64,000 nucleotides of DNA from the human T2T-CHM13v2.0 reference genome, Homo sapiens. The stretch is from the NCBI RefSeq assembly GCF_009914755.1, contig NC_060939.1; one strand, given 5' to 3'. The notes below the pieces were generated by a model. It was not told where the DNA came from. It made no database searches and worked only from the letters and a program-made list of their open reading frames with translations. Every line of letters begins with the position of its first letter. Position 1 is the stretch's first letter. Positions 31,040 to 54,068 of the stretch are shown piece after piece. Both the position numbers and the translations under genes were made by a program.

Positions 31040-31500
31040 AGTTCAGATCCTCTGAGAAGTGGATACAAAGACAGAATTAGATGTGCAAGAGATTTATTGG
31101 GGAAAACACCTGTGGAGGATAAAGGAGAAGGGAGGAGCAGGAGGCAGAAACAGCCTACACTTGTGAAAGGAGAGAAGGAAGGAAGCATTGGGTAGGAAGA
31201 GTCTCAGATTACAGTGCAGCTCGAGAAAGTCTCTGAAAGGCCAGTGGAGAATCGCAGGCAAACATTGCCTATTAGAGGGGCTCTCTGTGGGCAGAAATGT
31301 TGCAGCGTTAGCACCCCAGGCATGTTCAGGCGTTGGGTAGAAGCAGCCAGGGGAAACCTGAATATTGAGCCAGACAGAAAGGTGTGGCAGCTGGAGGCTC
31401 TCAGCCAGCTGCACTTCTCCCAGCAAGTTCTCTTGAAGAACAAGCTGAGCAGTGCACCTCTGCGCAGACCTGGCATGTCTGCTGTGACTTATAGGTGTTG
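31040..31500. mobile_element. Old ERVL-type solo LTR (LTR16-like)
   Basis: Resembles the LTR16 family text tgcaagagatttattggggaaaacacctgtg; identified from memory only. Confidence 0.5.
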
Positions 31501-31593
31501 GCCCCCAGGGGTTTTGTTGACACAGTGACCTTTCAAACAACCAGAAAACAGCTGTGGGCCTAGCAAGAGCTCTAGGTGTCCTGGGGGTACTGA

Positions 31594-31965
<372 letters not shown>

Positions 31966-32782
31966 TCTGCCCTTCATTTGAGCATGGAAGACATGCGCCA
32001 TCACTGTGCCGAAATGCTCATGCTATAATTTTCAGGACATTTTCTCTGCAATTTACCCAACTTGCTGTAGGTTTTGATTATGTGTGGTTTGTGTCTTTGT
32101 CGATAGTTGGTGGATATTGATGCTCACCTTTGTCTACTTTCCTCTCTCATAGGCTCATATCCTTAGCTGGGGTGGAGGGAGCAGACTCACCCAGAGGCTG
32201 AATCTAGATGCTAGTGTCACGGAGCTTTCCGGGATGTCATCCAGTCTTCCTCTCAATGTGGTTATCTGGCTGGACTTAAACTCCAGGGGCAGCCTGAGAG
32301 GGAAGGGAAATTCCCTCAAAGAGAGTGTCCAGGGACCTGCATGCATATGAATGCCAGATTTTCTGTAGCATCCTTCTACTGAGCTCTTCAGCTCATCACT
32401 GCCTGATCCTTGCTTCAACAGAGGATTCATCTACAGAGGAGAACTCATAGAGGCACAGGGAATCACAGGATCAGCCCTGATCTGTCATTGTGAGGGGGCA
32501 AGGAGGACCAAGTTCAGGCAAGGTCATTTACTGCCCCCTGAACCCTCTAGCAGGAAAGCTGTGCCAGCCTCAGCCTTGGGGTAGGGCATTAGGGAACAGA
32601 GAGATATGAGGAGCTTCAAGGGTTCAGGAAGGAGGAGCCTGTGGTGCCATTCCTGCCAGTGGCCCAGCAGTGTCCCCAGACTTGGCTGGGCTGCTGGCTC
32701 ACTGCTGGGTTGCAGATGAAGAAAAGCAGATATTCAGCCTCACAGCAGCCCAAGGAGCAGGAGCCCACAAAACATCACCTGA

Positions 32783-33246
<464 letters not shown>

Positions 33247-33973
33247 AATATATTCTTTCTTAAATCTGTGGCCAGGCCTATAATTGTTATAATGAAAATT
33301 AGAAAACCTACAAAATGTCACAGGATTAAACTTTAAAGTCTGTCTCAAAGGACTCACAAAGTAGTGATTCACTTTGACCCCCTCAAAGATCAAATATCAA
33401 GCAATTTACCAGTTAGTGTTTTTAAATGGTGTGTAGCCCTTATTGGACTTTAAGTTCCATTCAAGATGGCATTGTCATTCCCAGAACTGCAGACTCCTCT
33501 CTGTCCTGCTCCCCAACTAATCTTTTGAACATCCCAGCTGCTCACATTGTCCCTCCACAACACAATAGCTTTTCCAATTGTTCTGGTGACCTCACTGTAT
33601 GTTTCCGTGCTACTCAACAGCCTGTGGAATGGCGGCCAGCCTTGGACAGTGCTCTAGCCCCATGGCTGTGCTCTTCTTTGGGGGCAGCTTCCTCTTGGCA
33701 TTGCCTCCTCCCTGCCCTCAGGAGACACTCTCTTCTCTGCCATCTTCCTCTGTGGTGTCGTGTCCTTACTCAAAAATACAAGTCCGTGTATCACCACACC
33801 TGACTCCTTGATATCGGGTGGTTTCTCTTCTGTCATTCCAGCTCTTGAAGTGTCTAGAAAGCTCAGTTTTACATTCCTTTTCTAGAAGAAACCTGGAAAA
33901 TAAGTCTTCCAGGACCTGGCTGGAGGATACAGCTTGAGGAACATCACCCAGAGCAGCATTAAAGGATGTTTCT

Positions 33974-34676
<703 letters not shown>

Positions 34677-34704
34677 AAAGGATGTTTCTAGACCATAGTT
34701 TTGT

Positions 34705-36340
34705 TTTTGTTTTAATTGTGATAAAAAACATGTAACATCAATTTACCCTCTTAACAATTTTAAAATGTACAGCACAGTATTAACTACACACACACACTGC
34801 TGTACAGTAAAGCTCCATAACCTTTTCATTTTGCATGACTGAAACTCTATTCCCATTGAACAATTCCCCATCTCCCCTCCCTCCCCACCATCCCCTGGCA
34901 ACTACCACTCTGCTTTCTGTTTCTATGATTACTTTAGATACCTCATATAAGTGGAATCATACAGTATTTGTCCTTTTTGACTGGCTTATTTTGCTTAGCA
35001 TAATGTCCTTAAGGTTCATCCATGTTGTAATATGTACCTGAATTTCCTTCTTTCTAAGGCTGAATAATATTTCATTATTACACCACATTTTCTTTCTTTC
35101 ATCCAACAATGGACATTAGGTTGTTTTCACATCTTGGTTATTGTGAATAATGTGGCAATGAATGTGGGCATGCAAATATTTCTTTGAGATCTTTATTTCA
35201 AGTCTTTTGGCTATATTCCCAGAAGTGGGATTATTGGATCATATGGTAGCTCTATTTTTAAGTTTTTGAGGAACCTCCATAGTGTTTTCCATAGTAGATG
35301 CACTATTTACAATCCTACCAACAGTGTGCAAGGTTTTCAATTTCTCTACATCCTCATCAATACTTGTTTGTGACGGGGTTTCCCTAGGTTGCCCAGGCTT
35401 GACTCACATTCCTGGGCTCAAGCCATCCTCCTGCCTCAGCCTCCTGAGTAGCTGGAACTACAGGCATGTGCCACGGTCCCTGACTAACACTGTTTTTCGG
35501 TTTTGTTTTGTTTTTTATAGTGGCCATCCTAATGGATGTGAGATGATAATTCACTGTGGTTTATGATTTGCATTTCCCTAATTAGCCTTTTATAGGCTTG
35601 TAGACCATTTGTATATTTTCTTTGGAGAAATGTCCATTCAAGACCTTTGCCCACTTTTTAATCAGGGTTTTTTGTTTGTTTGCTACTGAATTGTAGAAAT
35701 TCTTCATATATTCTGGGTATTAACCCATTATCAGATATATGCTTTGCAAGTATTTTCTCCCATTCCATAGGTTGCCGCTTCACACTACTGTTTCTTTTGC
35801 TGTGCAGAGGTTTTTAAGTTTGATGTAGTCTCATTTTTACTTTTGTGGCCTGTGCTTTTGGTGTTACATCTAAGAAACCAGTGCCCTTTCCAATGTCATG
35901 AAGCCTTCCTCCTATGTTTTCTTCTTGTAGTTTTATAGTTTAAACCCTTATGTTTAGGTCTTTAATCCATTTTGAGTTAATTTTTGTATATGACATAAGG
36001 TAAGAGTCCATCTACATTCTTTTACATGTGAATGTTGTTTCTCAGCACCATTTGTTGAAAAGACTGCCCTTTCCCCATTGTGTAGTCTTGGCATCTTTGC
36101 TGAAGACCATTTGACCATAATGTGTGGGCTCCCTATTTTGTTCCATTGGTCTATATGACTATCTTTATGCCAGCACCATACTATTTTGTTTACTGTAGCT
36201 TTGTCATGTTTTGAAATCCAGAAGCGTGAGGCCTCTAGCTTTGTTCTTCTCTCTCAGATTGTTTTTTTTACTATTTGGAGTCCTCTTAGATTCCATATGA
36301 ATTTTAAGATGATCTTTTCTATTTCTGCAGAACATGCCAT
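34705..36340 (-). mobile_element. LINE-1 (L1M-type) 3' portion with an Alu fragment at ~35370-35480
   Basis: ORF2 remnant [15 protein letters not shown]; typical L1M 3'UTR text. Confidence 0.88.
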
Positions 36341-36614
36341 TGGTAGACCAGGATTCCTTAACCTGTGGTCTCAGAATCCCTGGATGGCATTCAGGGTGCT
36401 GAGGGCCCCTGACACTTGTGTTTCTGCTGCTAAGCATTTTTATCTGGTCTCTGCTGAGACATATGAGGGTTCACGGGAGCCTACAGTCTAGGCTCCTAAT
36501 TCCACACTTCACAAAGTCAAGAGTAATGGCCATGGGTAGTGGATTTATCATGATGCAAGGGGAAATCACAAATAAGCATCAAATTCAAAGGAGCTCATGG
36601 AATACATATCTAGC

Positions 36615-38321
<1,707 letters not shown>

Positions 38322-39246
38322 TGACAGTATCATTTTTGTCCTTGCTCTAATCTTGCTAAGTGTAGGTGTTTGTGATGAAAATGTTACTTGTGTCTATGTT
38401 CCCTGGCCATGTCCAGCAGGTTAGGAAGCAGCTTCACAATGTGTTTACACATTTTGCTCAGTAGCTTGTATTCTTAAACTGCTATTGGAACAGTAACATT
38501 TTTTAAATAATTGTTAATTTAATAATTGTTAATGAGACTCTTGCTGGTTAAAACACAAGTGAAATAACAAGATCTTATGCTTTACTTTTCATAATTGAAG
38601 GCATTCCTTTCCTCCTGGAAAGCACCACCTGAAACATTAGGATAATGTTGCAAACATTAGGATGATGCCTCCTTGTACCCACAAAGCAAATTTGCCAATC
38701 TTGTGTTGGTTTTCCCCCTCTGCCCCTCTCTTTGACTACAGTGCTATGGCTTTGTCCTCATTCCTTTTCCCTCTGGAGCCACAACTTTTCTCAGGGGTGT
38801 AGAGATACTTTACCATTCAGAGTGTGCTGTCACGAGCATCACTGGTCAGAAAACCATTCATGCATTGCCAGGGTCATTAGTGAGTGCCTACCTTGAGCCA
38901 GGCAGGTGCTAGCATTTCCCCAGAGGAACAATACAAGTTGCATTCTGGTGACAGGTCTCGTGAAAACTTTTGGTGGTCAAATATGTTAGGGAAATCCAGA
39001 GTTACACAACATTTAAAAGATGACTGCAGAATGTTTCTTTTTCCTAATACGTTAATGTGTCTCCTATATTTGCGTGAGAGGTGTAGACAACAGAACATAC
39101 ACTGTTCTTCTTCCCAACTTGTTTGACCAGGTAATCTCTCTTTCACAAGTGTGGAGTTCCTCTGAATCCGCTTTGGGAAAGACAAGTTTCTAAAAGACTC
39201 ACATCAGCTCTTAAACCAGCTTTGCCATTTTTATTGTTTCCTGTAG

Positions 39247-39608
<362 letters not shown>

Positions 39609-40298
39609 CGCCTCCATCTTCTAATTTGTGGCTGAGCCAGATGAGGATTCAGGGAAAAAAGGGACTTCCGGTTTTAAAATGGCGGCTTGACTTCCCCGCC
39701 CCCCCAGGAAGCCAAAAACAAATATGCAGCCCCGAGATTTTCCCCAGCAACAATCTGGAGCTCAGATTTGAGGATGAGACAGATCCCGGGGGCACGGAGA
39801 AGTGAAAATCTTCCGAGCAGGCGATAAGAAAATCGGGTTTTCACATCCGCCACGCCCCTCCCCATCACTGAGCCCCACACCAAGCGCGGGGAAACTTTCC
39901 CTCCGCGCGCGGATTCCGTGGTGAGAAAAGTGAGGCCCAAGTGTCAACCAAGTTTCCCACCATGTTGGGTTTCCTGGCAGGAGGCGCGTCCTTGCCTCAG
40001 CCATGGAAAACGTGGTGCCTGCTGAGGGGAGCCACATCCCCAGGACTAGCAGAGACAAAGGGGACGGTGGGCGGACCACCATCCCCAGCCCTGGAAACTG
40101 CTCTGTAGCCAATCAGAGCAGGTACTCAGCAGCACCGAACTGGAGGAGGTGCTTGGGCGCCAAGCGCTAGGAGGCCTTCCCCCCAGGTAGACGGAGGGGG
40201 TGGGTACCGGAGCATTTATTGTATTACTGTTCGAACTGTGCGTTTATTTTACGTGTACTCCTTTGAATTTTTTTTTTTTTCCCCAAAAGTTAGGTTTT
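39609..40298 (+). repeat. Tandem cassette unit 1 (unique CpG-rich core: ETS+YY1 ... CCAAT)
   Basis: Co-linear with 41334-42032 and 42803-43590; ACTTCCGG 39664-39671, AAAATGGCGGC 39676-39686, AGCCAATCAG 40107-40116. Confidence 0.95.
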
Positions 40299-41333
<1,035 letters not shown>

Positions 41334-42032
41334 CGCCTCCGTCTTCTAACTTCTGGCTGAGCCAGAAGATGATTGAGGGAGAAGGAGGACTTCCGGTTTT
41401 AAAATGGCGGCTTGACTTCCCCGCCCCCCAGAAAGCCAAAAACAAATATGCAGCCCGGAGATTTTCCTCAGCGAGAATCCGAAGCTCAGATTTGAGGATG
41501 AGACAGATCCTGGGACCACGGAGAAGTGAAAATCTTCCGAGCAGGCGGTAGGAAAACTGGGCTTTCACATCTGCCAAGCCCCTCCCCACCACTGGGCTCT
41601 GCAGCAGGCGCGGGGAAACTTCCCTCGGCGCGCGGGTTCCGTAGTGGGAAAAGTGAGGCCCAAGTGTCAGCCAGCTTTCCCACCATATTGGGTTTCCTGG
41701 TAGGAGGCCTGTCCTTGCCTCAGCCATGGAAAACGTGGTGCCTGCTGAGGGGAGGCACATCCCCAGGACTGGCAGAGACAAAGGGGACGGTGGGCGGACC
41801 ACCATCCCCGGCCCTGGAAACTGCTCTGTAGCCAATCAGAGCGGGTACTCAGCAGCACCGAACTGGAGGAGGCCAGTCCCCAGATGCTTGGGCGCCAACC
41901 CCTAGGCAGCCTTACCCCCAGGTAGACGGAGGGGGTGGGTACTGGAGCATTTATTGTATTACTCTTCTAACTGTGGGTATATTTTATGTGTACTCCTTTG
42001 AATGTTTTTCTTTCCCCAAACGTTATGTTTTT
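41334..42032 (+). repeat. Tandem cassette unit 2
   Basis: ACTTCCGG 41389-41396, AAAATGGCGGC 41401-41411, donor-like GCG|GTAGGA 41547/8, CCAAT 41832-41836. Confidence 0.95.
41389..41411 (+). promoter_or_regulatory. ETS (GABPA/ELK-type) + YY1 composite core-promoter motif; repeated at 39664-39686 and 42855-42877
   Basis: ACTTCCGG followed by AAAATGGCGGC is the established TSS-proximal pair at TATA-less CpG promoters; activity is not shown by sequence alone. Confidence 0.65.
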
Positions 42033-42802
42033 CGGCCGGGCTCGGTGACTCACGCCTATAATCCCAGCACTTTCGGAGGCTGAGGCGGGCGGATCGCCTG
42101 AGGTCAGGAGTTCGAGACCAGCCTGGCCAACATGGTGCAACCCCGTCTCTACTAAAAATACAAAAATTTGCTGAGCACCGTGGTTCACACCTGTAATCCT
42201 TGCACTCTGGGAGGCCAAAGCTAGCGGATCGCTTGAGTCCAGGACTACAAAGACCAGCCTGGACAACCCGGTGAAACTTCGTCTCTACTCAAAAAAAAAA
42301 AAAAAAAAAGAAAGAAAAAAGAAAAAAATCCCAACAACAACAACCCAAAACCAAAAAATTAGCCAGGCGTGGCTGCCCACACCTGTGGTCCCAGCCACTC
42401 AGGAGGAGGGAAGATTATTTGAGCCCTCAAGGCGGAGGGAGCAGTGAGCCAAGATCATGCCAGTGCACTCCAGCCTAGGCGAAAGCCTGGGTGACAGAGT
42501 GAGACCTTGTCTCCAAAAAAAAAATTGTTTTTGTAGAGGTGAGGTCTCGCTATGTTGTTCGGGCTAGTCTCGAACTTCTGGGCTCAAGCAATCCTCCCAC
42601 CTCAGCCTCCTGAGTAGCTGGGATTACAGACGCGCGACACCATCCGACTAATTTTTGTATTTTTTGTAGAGACGGGGGAGAAAGGAGGGGGCGGGGCGGG
42701 GGGGTCTTTCCATGTTGCCGAGGCTGGTCTCGAACTCCTGCCCTCAGGCGATCCTCCCGCCTGGGCATCCCACATCGCTGGGATTCGTCGTGAGCCAGTG
42801 CC
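42033..42802. mobile_element. Spacer 2: trimeric Alu (+, ~42033-42525) and chimeric antisense Alu (~42527-42802)
   Basis: Paralogous to spacer 1 minus the AluY. Confidence 0.88.
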
Positions 42803-43590
42803 GCCTCCATCTTCTAACTTCTGGCTGAGCCGAGATGATTCAGGGAGAAAGGGAACTTCCTGTTTTAAAATGGCGGCTTGACTTCCCCGCCTCCCAGAAA
42901 GCCAAAAACAAATATGCGGACCCGAGATTTTCCCCAGCGACAACCTAGAGCTCAGATTTGAGGATGAGACAGATGCCGGGGGCACGGAGAAGTGAAAATC
43001 TTCCGAGCAGACAGTAGGAAAATCGGGCTTCCACATCAGCCACGCCCCTCTCCGCCACTGAGCCCTACACCAGGAACCAGGCACAGGGAAACTCTTCCCC
43101 CGGCGCTCGGGTTCCGTGGTGAGAAAAGTGAGGCCCAAGAGTCAACCAGGTTTCTCACCATGTTGGGTTTCCTGGCAGGAGGCCTGTCCTTGCCTCAGCC
43201 ATGGAAAACGTGGTGCCTGCTGAGGGGAGCCACATCCCCAGGACTGGCAGAGACAAAGGGGACGGTGGGCGGACCGCCATCGCCGGCGCTGGAAACTGCT
43301 TGTTTCCAGGAGAGGCTCCAGGGAGGATCGCCTGAGGGCAGGAGTTCGAGACCAGCCTGCGGAGAGGCTCAATCAGAGCGGGTACTGAGCAGCGCCTCGC
43401 TGGAGGAAGCCGGTCCCCAGGTGCTTGGGCGCCAACCCCTAGGCAGCCTTCCCGCCCAGGTAGAGGGGGTACCTTTACCTCTACCTAAAGTAATACAATA
43501 CCTTTATTGTACTACTCTTCGAACTGTGCATATATTTTATGTGTACTCCTTTGAATGTATTTTTTCTTTTTCCCAAAAGTTACGGTTTTT
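42803..43590 (+). repeat. Tandem cassette unit 3 (CCAAT box destroyed by insertion)
   Basis: ACTTCCTG 42855-42862, AAAATGGCGGC 42867-42877; complex insertions at 43301-43370 and ~43470-43504. Confidence 0.95.
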
Positions 43591-44605
<1,015 letters not shown>

Positions 44606-45122
44606 TCAAGTTTTAAATTGTAATAAACATTGACCATTTTTGGTTTGCGCTAAAAAAAAATCCTTTCTCACTTATCTACTATTTTAAATTTTTTTCAAAC
44701 TATGCATAAGAAGATTTTGATGCTTGGAATCCCTGTAAATATTATTCAGTTTAGCTGTGTACCACATAATAGAACACCTCCTCCTCTATCCTTGTAAAGA
44801 CATAATCTCCTCGGGGTGCTTGGCATAGTGGTTAACAGCAGAGAGTGGGAAACCAGGCAGACTTGGGTTCAGATTCACAGTTCATGACTTGTCTGTATGA
44901 CACTGGGTAAATTGCTTCACTTCTTGCAGCCTTGGTTTCTGGATGTGTAGAACGGGGTTTGGAGACTTAGATTGGGATAATGCATGTCATACTCTATAAA
45001 TTGCAGCCATTTGTATAAAGTACTTACTAGCACTATTGTTGGATGTAATCTTGTGAACTAGCAGGTAGAATGAGTGACTGTTGGTTTTAGGTGCAGCAGC
45101 AGGTCTTCCTGTGCTCTACTTT

Positions 45123-45642
45123 TGTAATGGTTAATTTTGCATGTCCACTTGGCTGGGCCACGAGATGCCCAAATATTTGGCCAAACATTATTCTGGGTGT
45201 GTCTGTGAGAATGCTTTGGGAAGAGACTAACATTTGAATGAGTAGACTGAGTAAAGCAGATTGCCTTTCCTAATGTGAGTGAATCTCATTGAATCAGTTT
45301 AGAGCCTCAATAAAACCAAAATGCTAACCTTCCTTCCAAAGTAAAGGGATAACTCCTTCAGCCTGACTGCCTTGAGTGGGATCCTGGTCTTTTCCTGCCT
45401 CAGACTTGAACTGAAACATAAGCTCTTATAGGTCTAAAGCCTGCCAGCTTTCAGACTAGAATTTACACTGTTGCCTCTCCTGCTTCTCAGGCTTTTGGAC
45501 TCCAACTGGAGCTATACCTTTGATACTCCTGGGTCCCCAGCTTGCCAACTACAGATCTTGGGGCTTCTCTTTAGGATAAATCTTTCTATGTTATGTATAT
45601 ATCCCATTTGTCCTGTTTCTCTGGAGAACCCTGACTAAAACA
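45123..45642 (+). mobile_element. MLT2-type (ERVL) solo LTR
   Basis: TG...CA termini: tgtaatggttaatttt...ctggagaaccctgactaaaaca. Confidence 0.85.
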
Positions 45643-45646
45643 AACT

Positions 45647-45939
45647 GGGTCCCACTCTGTCACCCAGGCTGGAGTGCAGTGACACAGTCTCGACTCACTG
45701 TATCCCTGACCTCTTAGGCTCAAGCAGTCCTCCCACCTCATCCTCCCAAGTAGCTGGGATCACAGGTACATGCCACCATGCCTGGCTTATTATTATTATT
45801 ATTATTATTATTTAATTTTGGGCCAGGCACGGTGGCTCATGCCTGTAATCCCAGCACTTCGGGAGGCTGAGGCAGGTGGATCACTTGAGTCCAGGAGTTC
45901 GAGACCGGCCTAGGAAATATGGCAAAACCTGGTCTCTAC

Positions 45940-46018
<79 letters not shown>

Positions 46019-46290
46019 GACATGTTGGCTGGAATATGTGGTCCCAGCTAGCTACTCAGGAGACTCAGGTGGGAGGATTGTTTGAACCTGGGAAATGGAG
46101 GTTCCAGTGAGCCAAGATCACCATTGTACTCCAGCCTGGGCGACAGTGAGAAGGCCTTTGCTCAAAAAAAATTTTTTTTTGTAGAGAAAAGGTCTTGCTA
46201 TGTTGCTTGGGTGGGTCTCGAACTCCTGGGTTCAAGTATCCTCCCACCTCGGCCTCCCAAAGTTGAGATCACATGTGTGAGCCACCCCTG
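45647..46290. mobile_element. Antisense Alu split by a sense Alu (~45821-46170) whose linker has expanded into (A)n(TA)n at 45941-46014
   Basis: Alu arms and microsatellite seen directly. Confidence 0.85.
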
Positions 46291-47439
46291 GTGTGTTTCT
46301 TAAACCCAAAGAGGAGCTTACAGATAGGGAGAAGCAAATACCTGATGTATGAATATAGATAGCTGTCACTGTCAAATAACTGTCTCTGAAAACCCTTCCC
46401 TTTAATATATGCTCAGCCTATGAGTACATATGTTTCAAGCATGCCCAAAGCCGTTTTTAAGTACCAACGCTCTTAGTGCAAGGCATTGCTGCTGTCAATA
46501 TGATGTACCAGTGAGATACTTGCCTTAATGAACACCAATTTGAAAGTTTCAAACACTCTCTATTCTGCTGACATGTATTTCAACTTTTCAGGATCTGCTT
46601 TCTAGGTAAAAAGGATAAAATAAAAGGAGGGGTGCCTGCCGCCGAAACCGAAACTTCAGATATCAGCAATTAGGGTTAGGAGATTTTTGGTATATGCACA
46701 CAGATAAAAGAAGTGTGCTGATGACTATTCAGTACCAAGTGAATGTTGTCAGTGTCTTCAAATGGGTCAAAATGTCTCAAGTATTGAGATCCAGAATGAA
46801 ATAATCTCCTGCTTCTAACATGATCAGGTATCAAAGTGTGGGTTTTAGTGTGTTTCAGTCCCCAAATCTCCCATTCCCTCGTAGTTCTCATTTGTGGATT
46901 GAATGAATGCCGCATGCTTGTGTTTCCATAGCAGACCTTGCCTTGTGGTTTTGAAGTGGTCTCCGTGCTGTTTGAAGTGCCACAGGCAATGGTGGCAAGA
47001 ACTGGGTGCTGATACATGCTGTGAGTCAGTAGTTCTGATGAAACATCCATCACTGTGATTAGTCTCTTTTTCTGCCACTTCCTGTTCCTAGTAGATCAAA
47101 GGGCTAAAAATGCCCCTGTATCAGTAATTGTCTACCAAACCATCTGTACATATAGATCATGCTGTTTAGGTTTGCAGGTATGTACCCAAAATGAAGAACA
47201 TTTGTCTTGTTGATGTCAGGATATATGTAGCAGTCCTACCAGAATCAGTGCTCCACAGATTCATCAAGAGGGGCACCAATTCTATTTTAGTATGTGGGTT
47301 TCCTATTGACAAACAGTGGCTCTTTTTCCATTGAAATATGTTATTCGCCTCAGTGAATCCTAATACAGTGGTTTCAACGTCACAATTGCGTGTGCTAATA
47401 GAATACCCAAGCTTCTAGAAAGAGTTATTTATATGCATT

Positions 47440-49720
<2,281 letters not shown>

Positions 49721-49755
49721 AGCGGTTTTTCAATTTTGTTTTAAAGTATTTTAGT

Positions 49756-51684
<1,929 letters not shown>

Positions 51685-52824
51685 TAGACCCCCATTCTAT
51701 TACATAGTCTGTGCCCCCTCAGCTCAGTCATTACTTTTCTGGGCAGCCTCCTTTGACCTGCAGACCAGATCAGATCTCTGTGGTTTGCTCCCTGATCACT
51801 GTGTCCTTCTCCTCTGTAGCTCTTACCACAGCTTGTAATTCTATATTTGATGCATGTCTATATCCCCCTCTATAAGGTGAGGTCATCAAAGGCAGCAGTT
51901 CTGTCTTTCTTGCCTACCACTGCATCTCCAGCATGCTGCTCATCTGGTCCGTGGTAGGGTTCAGTATTTGTTGAAGGAGTGAATGAACTATGATTCACTT
52001 CATTACGTGTCGGTCTTTTAAAAACATTTATCTTCAATACACCCGTTTCTCTGTGATGGCAAGTAAAACATTTTTGGAGGCAGTCACTAACCAGCATGCA
52101 TTGCATGTGTGAGCACCACAATATTTTTATACTTGTGGGTTCGATAATCCAACCACATGCTTTATTAAAGTATTTCTTTCAGGGTTGTAAAAAACACTTC
52201 ATTACTGGCTTGCGGGCAACCTGGCTCTGGGGGAAAAGGGTCGTGTTACCACACTGCAGATAGGTGAGGATACCAGTGCCAGGCAGGGAGGAGGCTGTGA
52301 GGATGCCCAGCCCCTGCTTAGGGATACTGCTTCCCCCCCTTCACTTTTGCAGATTGCAGAGGGCTTGAAGAAGGGATGCAGGCAGTTTGAGCACTGAGTG
52401 GCACGTATTCCTGCAATCCCCAAAGTCATGAGGGGGCTCTTTGGAGGGGGTCTCAGAATTGGACTGTATGGTTTGATTTCACGTATTTCTGGGTTTGCTT
52501 TGTAGTTTGTCAAGTCATCATACTGTATGCTACTGGCAGATGATAATATGTTAACCAAAAACGACAACAAAGCAGTTGTGATGCGAAGGATGAGGCTAGA
52601 CTTGGAGTCAGAACCATCATCCAGTACATTGGTTCTTGGCACATAGTGAGAAAGAACCCTTGTGGAATGGAAGGAGAAGCTCCTGGGAAGCAGCGTGTGA
52701 AGGTGGAAAGGGTCTTGTTGCCAAGGCAATAACCATTCACTTCCATGGAGCACTGGCCAGGGGCAGGTGCTGTGCTGAGCACTTTGCATGCATGATCCCA
52801 TTTAACCCCACAGTAATCTATGAG

Positions 52825-53445
<621 letters not shown>

Positions 53446-53756
53446 ATTAGGGTTCTTATCAACATTTTCCATAATGAAACCATGTGTCAGAGTGAAAAAA
53501 TGTGCCTGAGGTAACACAGCTAATAAATGTCAGAGCCAGGATTTGAAGCTAGTTCTGTTGGACTTGACATCAATCCACGTAACCTTGGGATACACTGGTT
53601 ATCAGCTAAGTTGCATTCAAGCCCTTGCTCTTCCATTATGGCTGTGTGTCTTTACCTTATTTCTGTGAAAACATTATGTGCAAAATGTGAATAATAATAC
53701 CTATGGCAAAATATTTCTGCAAAGATTAAATGAAACTGTGGATGAATACTTTAGAA

Positions 53757-54068
53757 CTATACTGTCTGATACAGCAGCCATTAGCCACATGTAGCTATTG
53801 AACTTGGAATATGGCTAGTCTGAATTGAGATGTTTTATAAGTGTAAAAAATACACTGGATTTTGAATACTTAGTGGGAAAAAATGTAAAATTTCTCAGTT
53901 TTTCTGTATTGAATACATGTTGAAACGATAATATTTTGGATATACTGGGTTAAATAAAATACATTACTAAAATTAATTTCACCTGTTCCTTTTTACTTTT
54001 TAAATGTGATTACTAGAAATTTAAAATTATATATGTGACTCACATTACATTTCTATTGTACAGCACTG
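53757..54068 (-). mobile_element. MER33-like hAT-Charlie DNA transposon
   Basis: Minus strand begins cagtgctgtacaatagaaatgtaatgtgagtcacatat...aacaggtgaaattaattttag, matching my recollection of MER33. Confidence 0.75.

Noticed and set aside
52184-52261. P-loop-like LLACGQPGSGGKGS in an alternative frame of the candidate exon
   Set aside because: Spacing does not fit GxxxxGK[ST], and this frame stops within a few codons of the next candidate exon.
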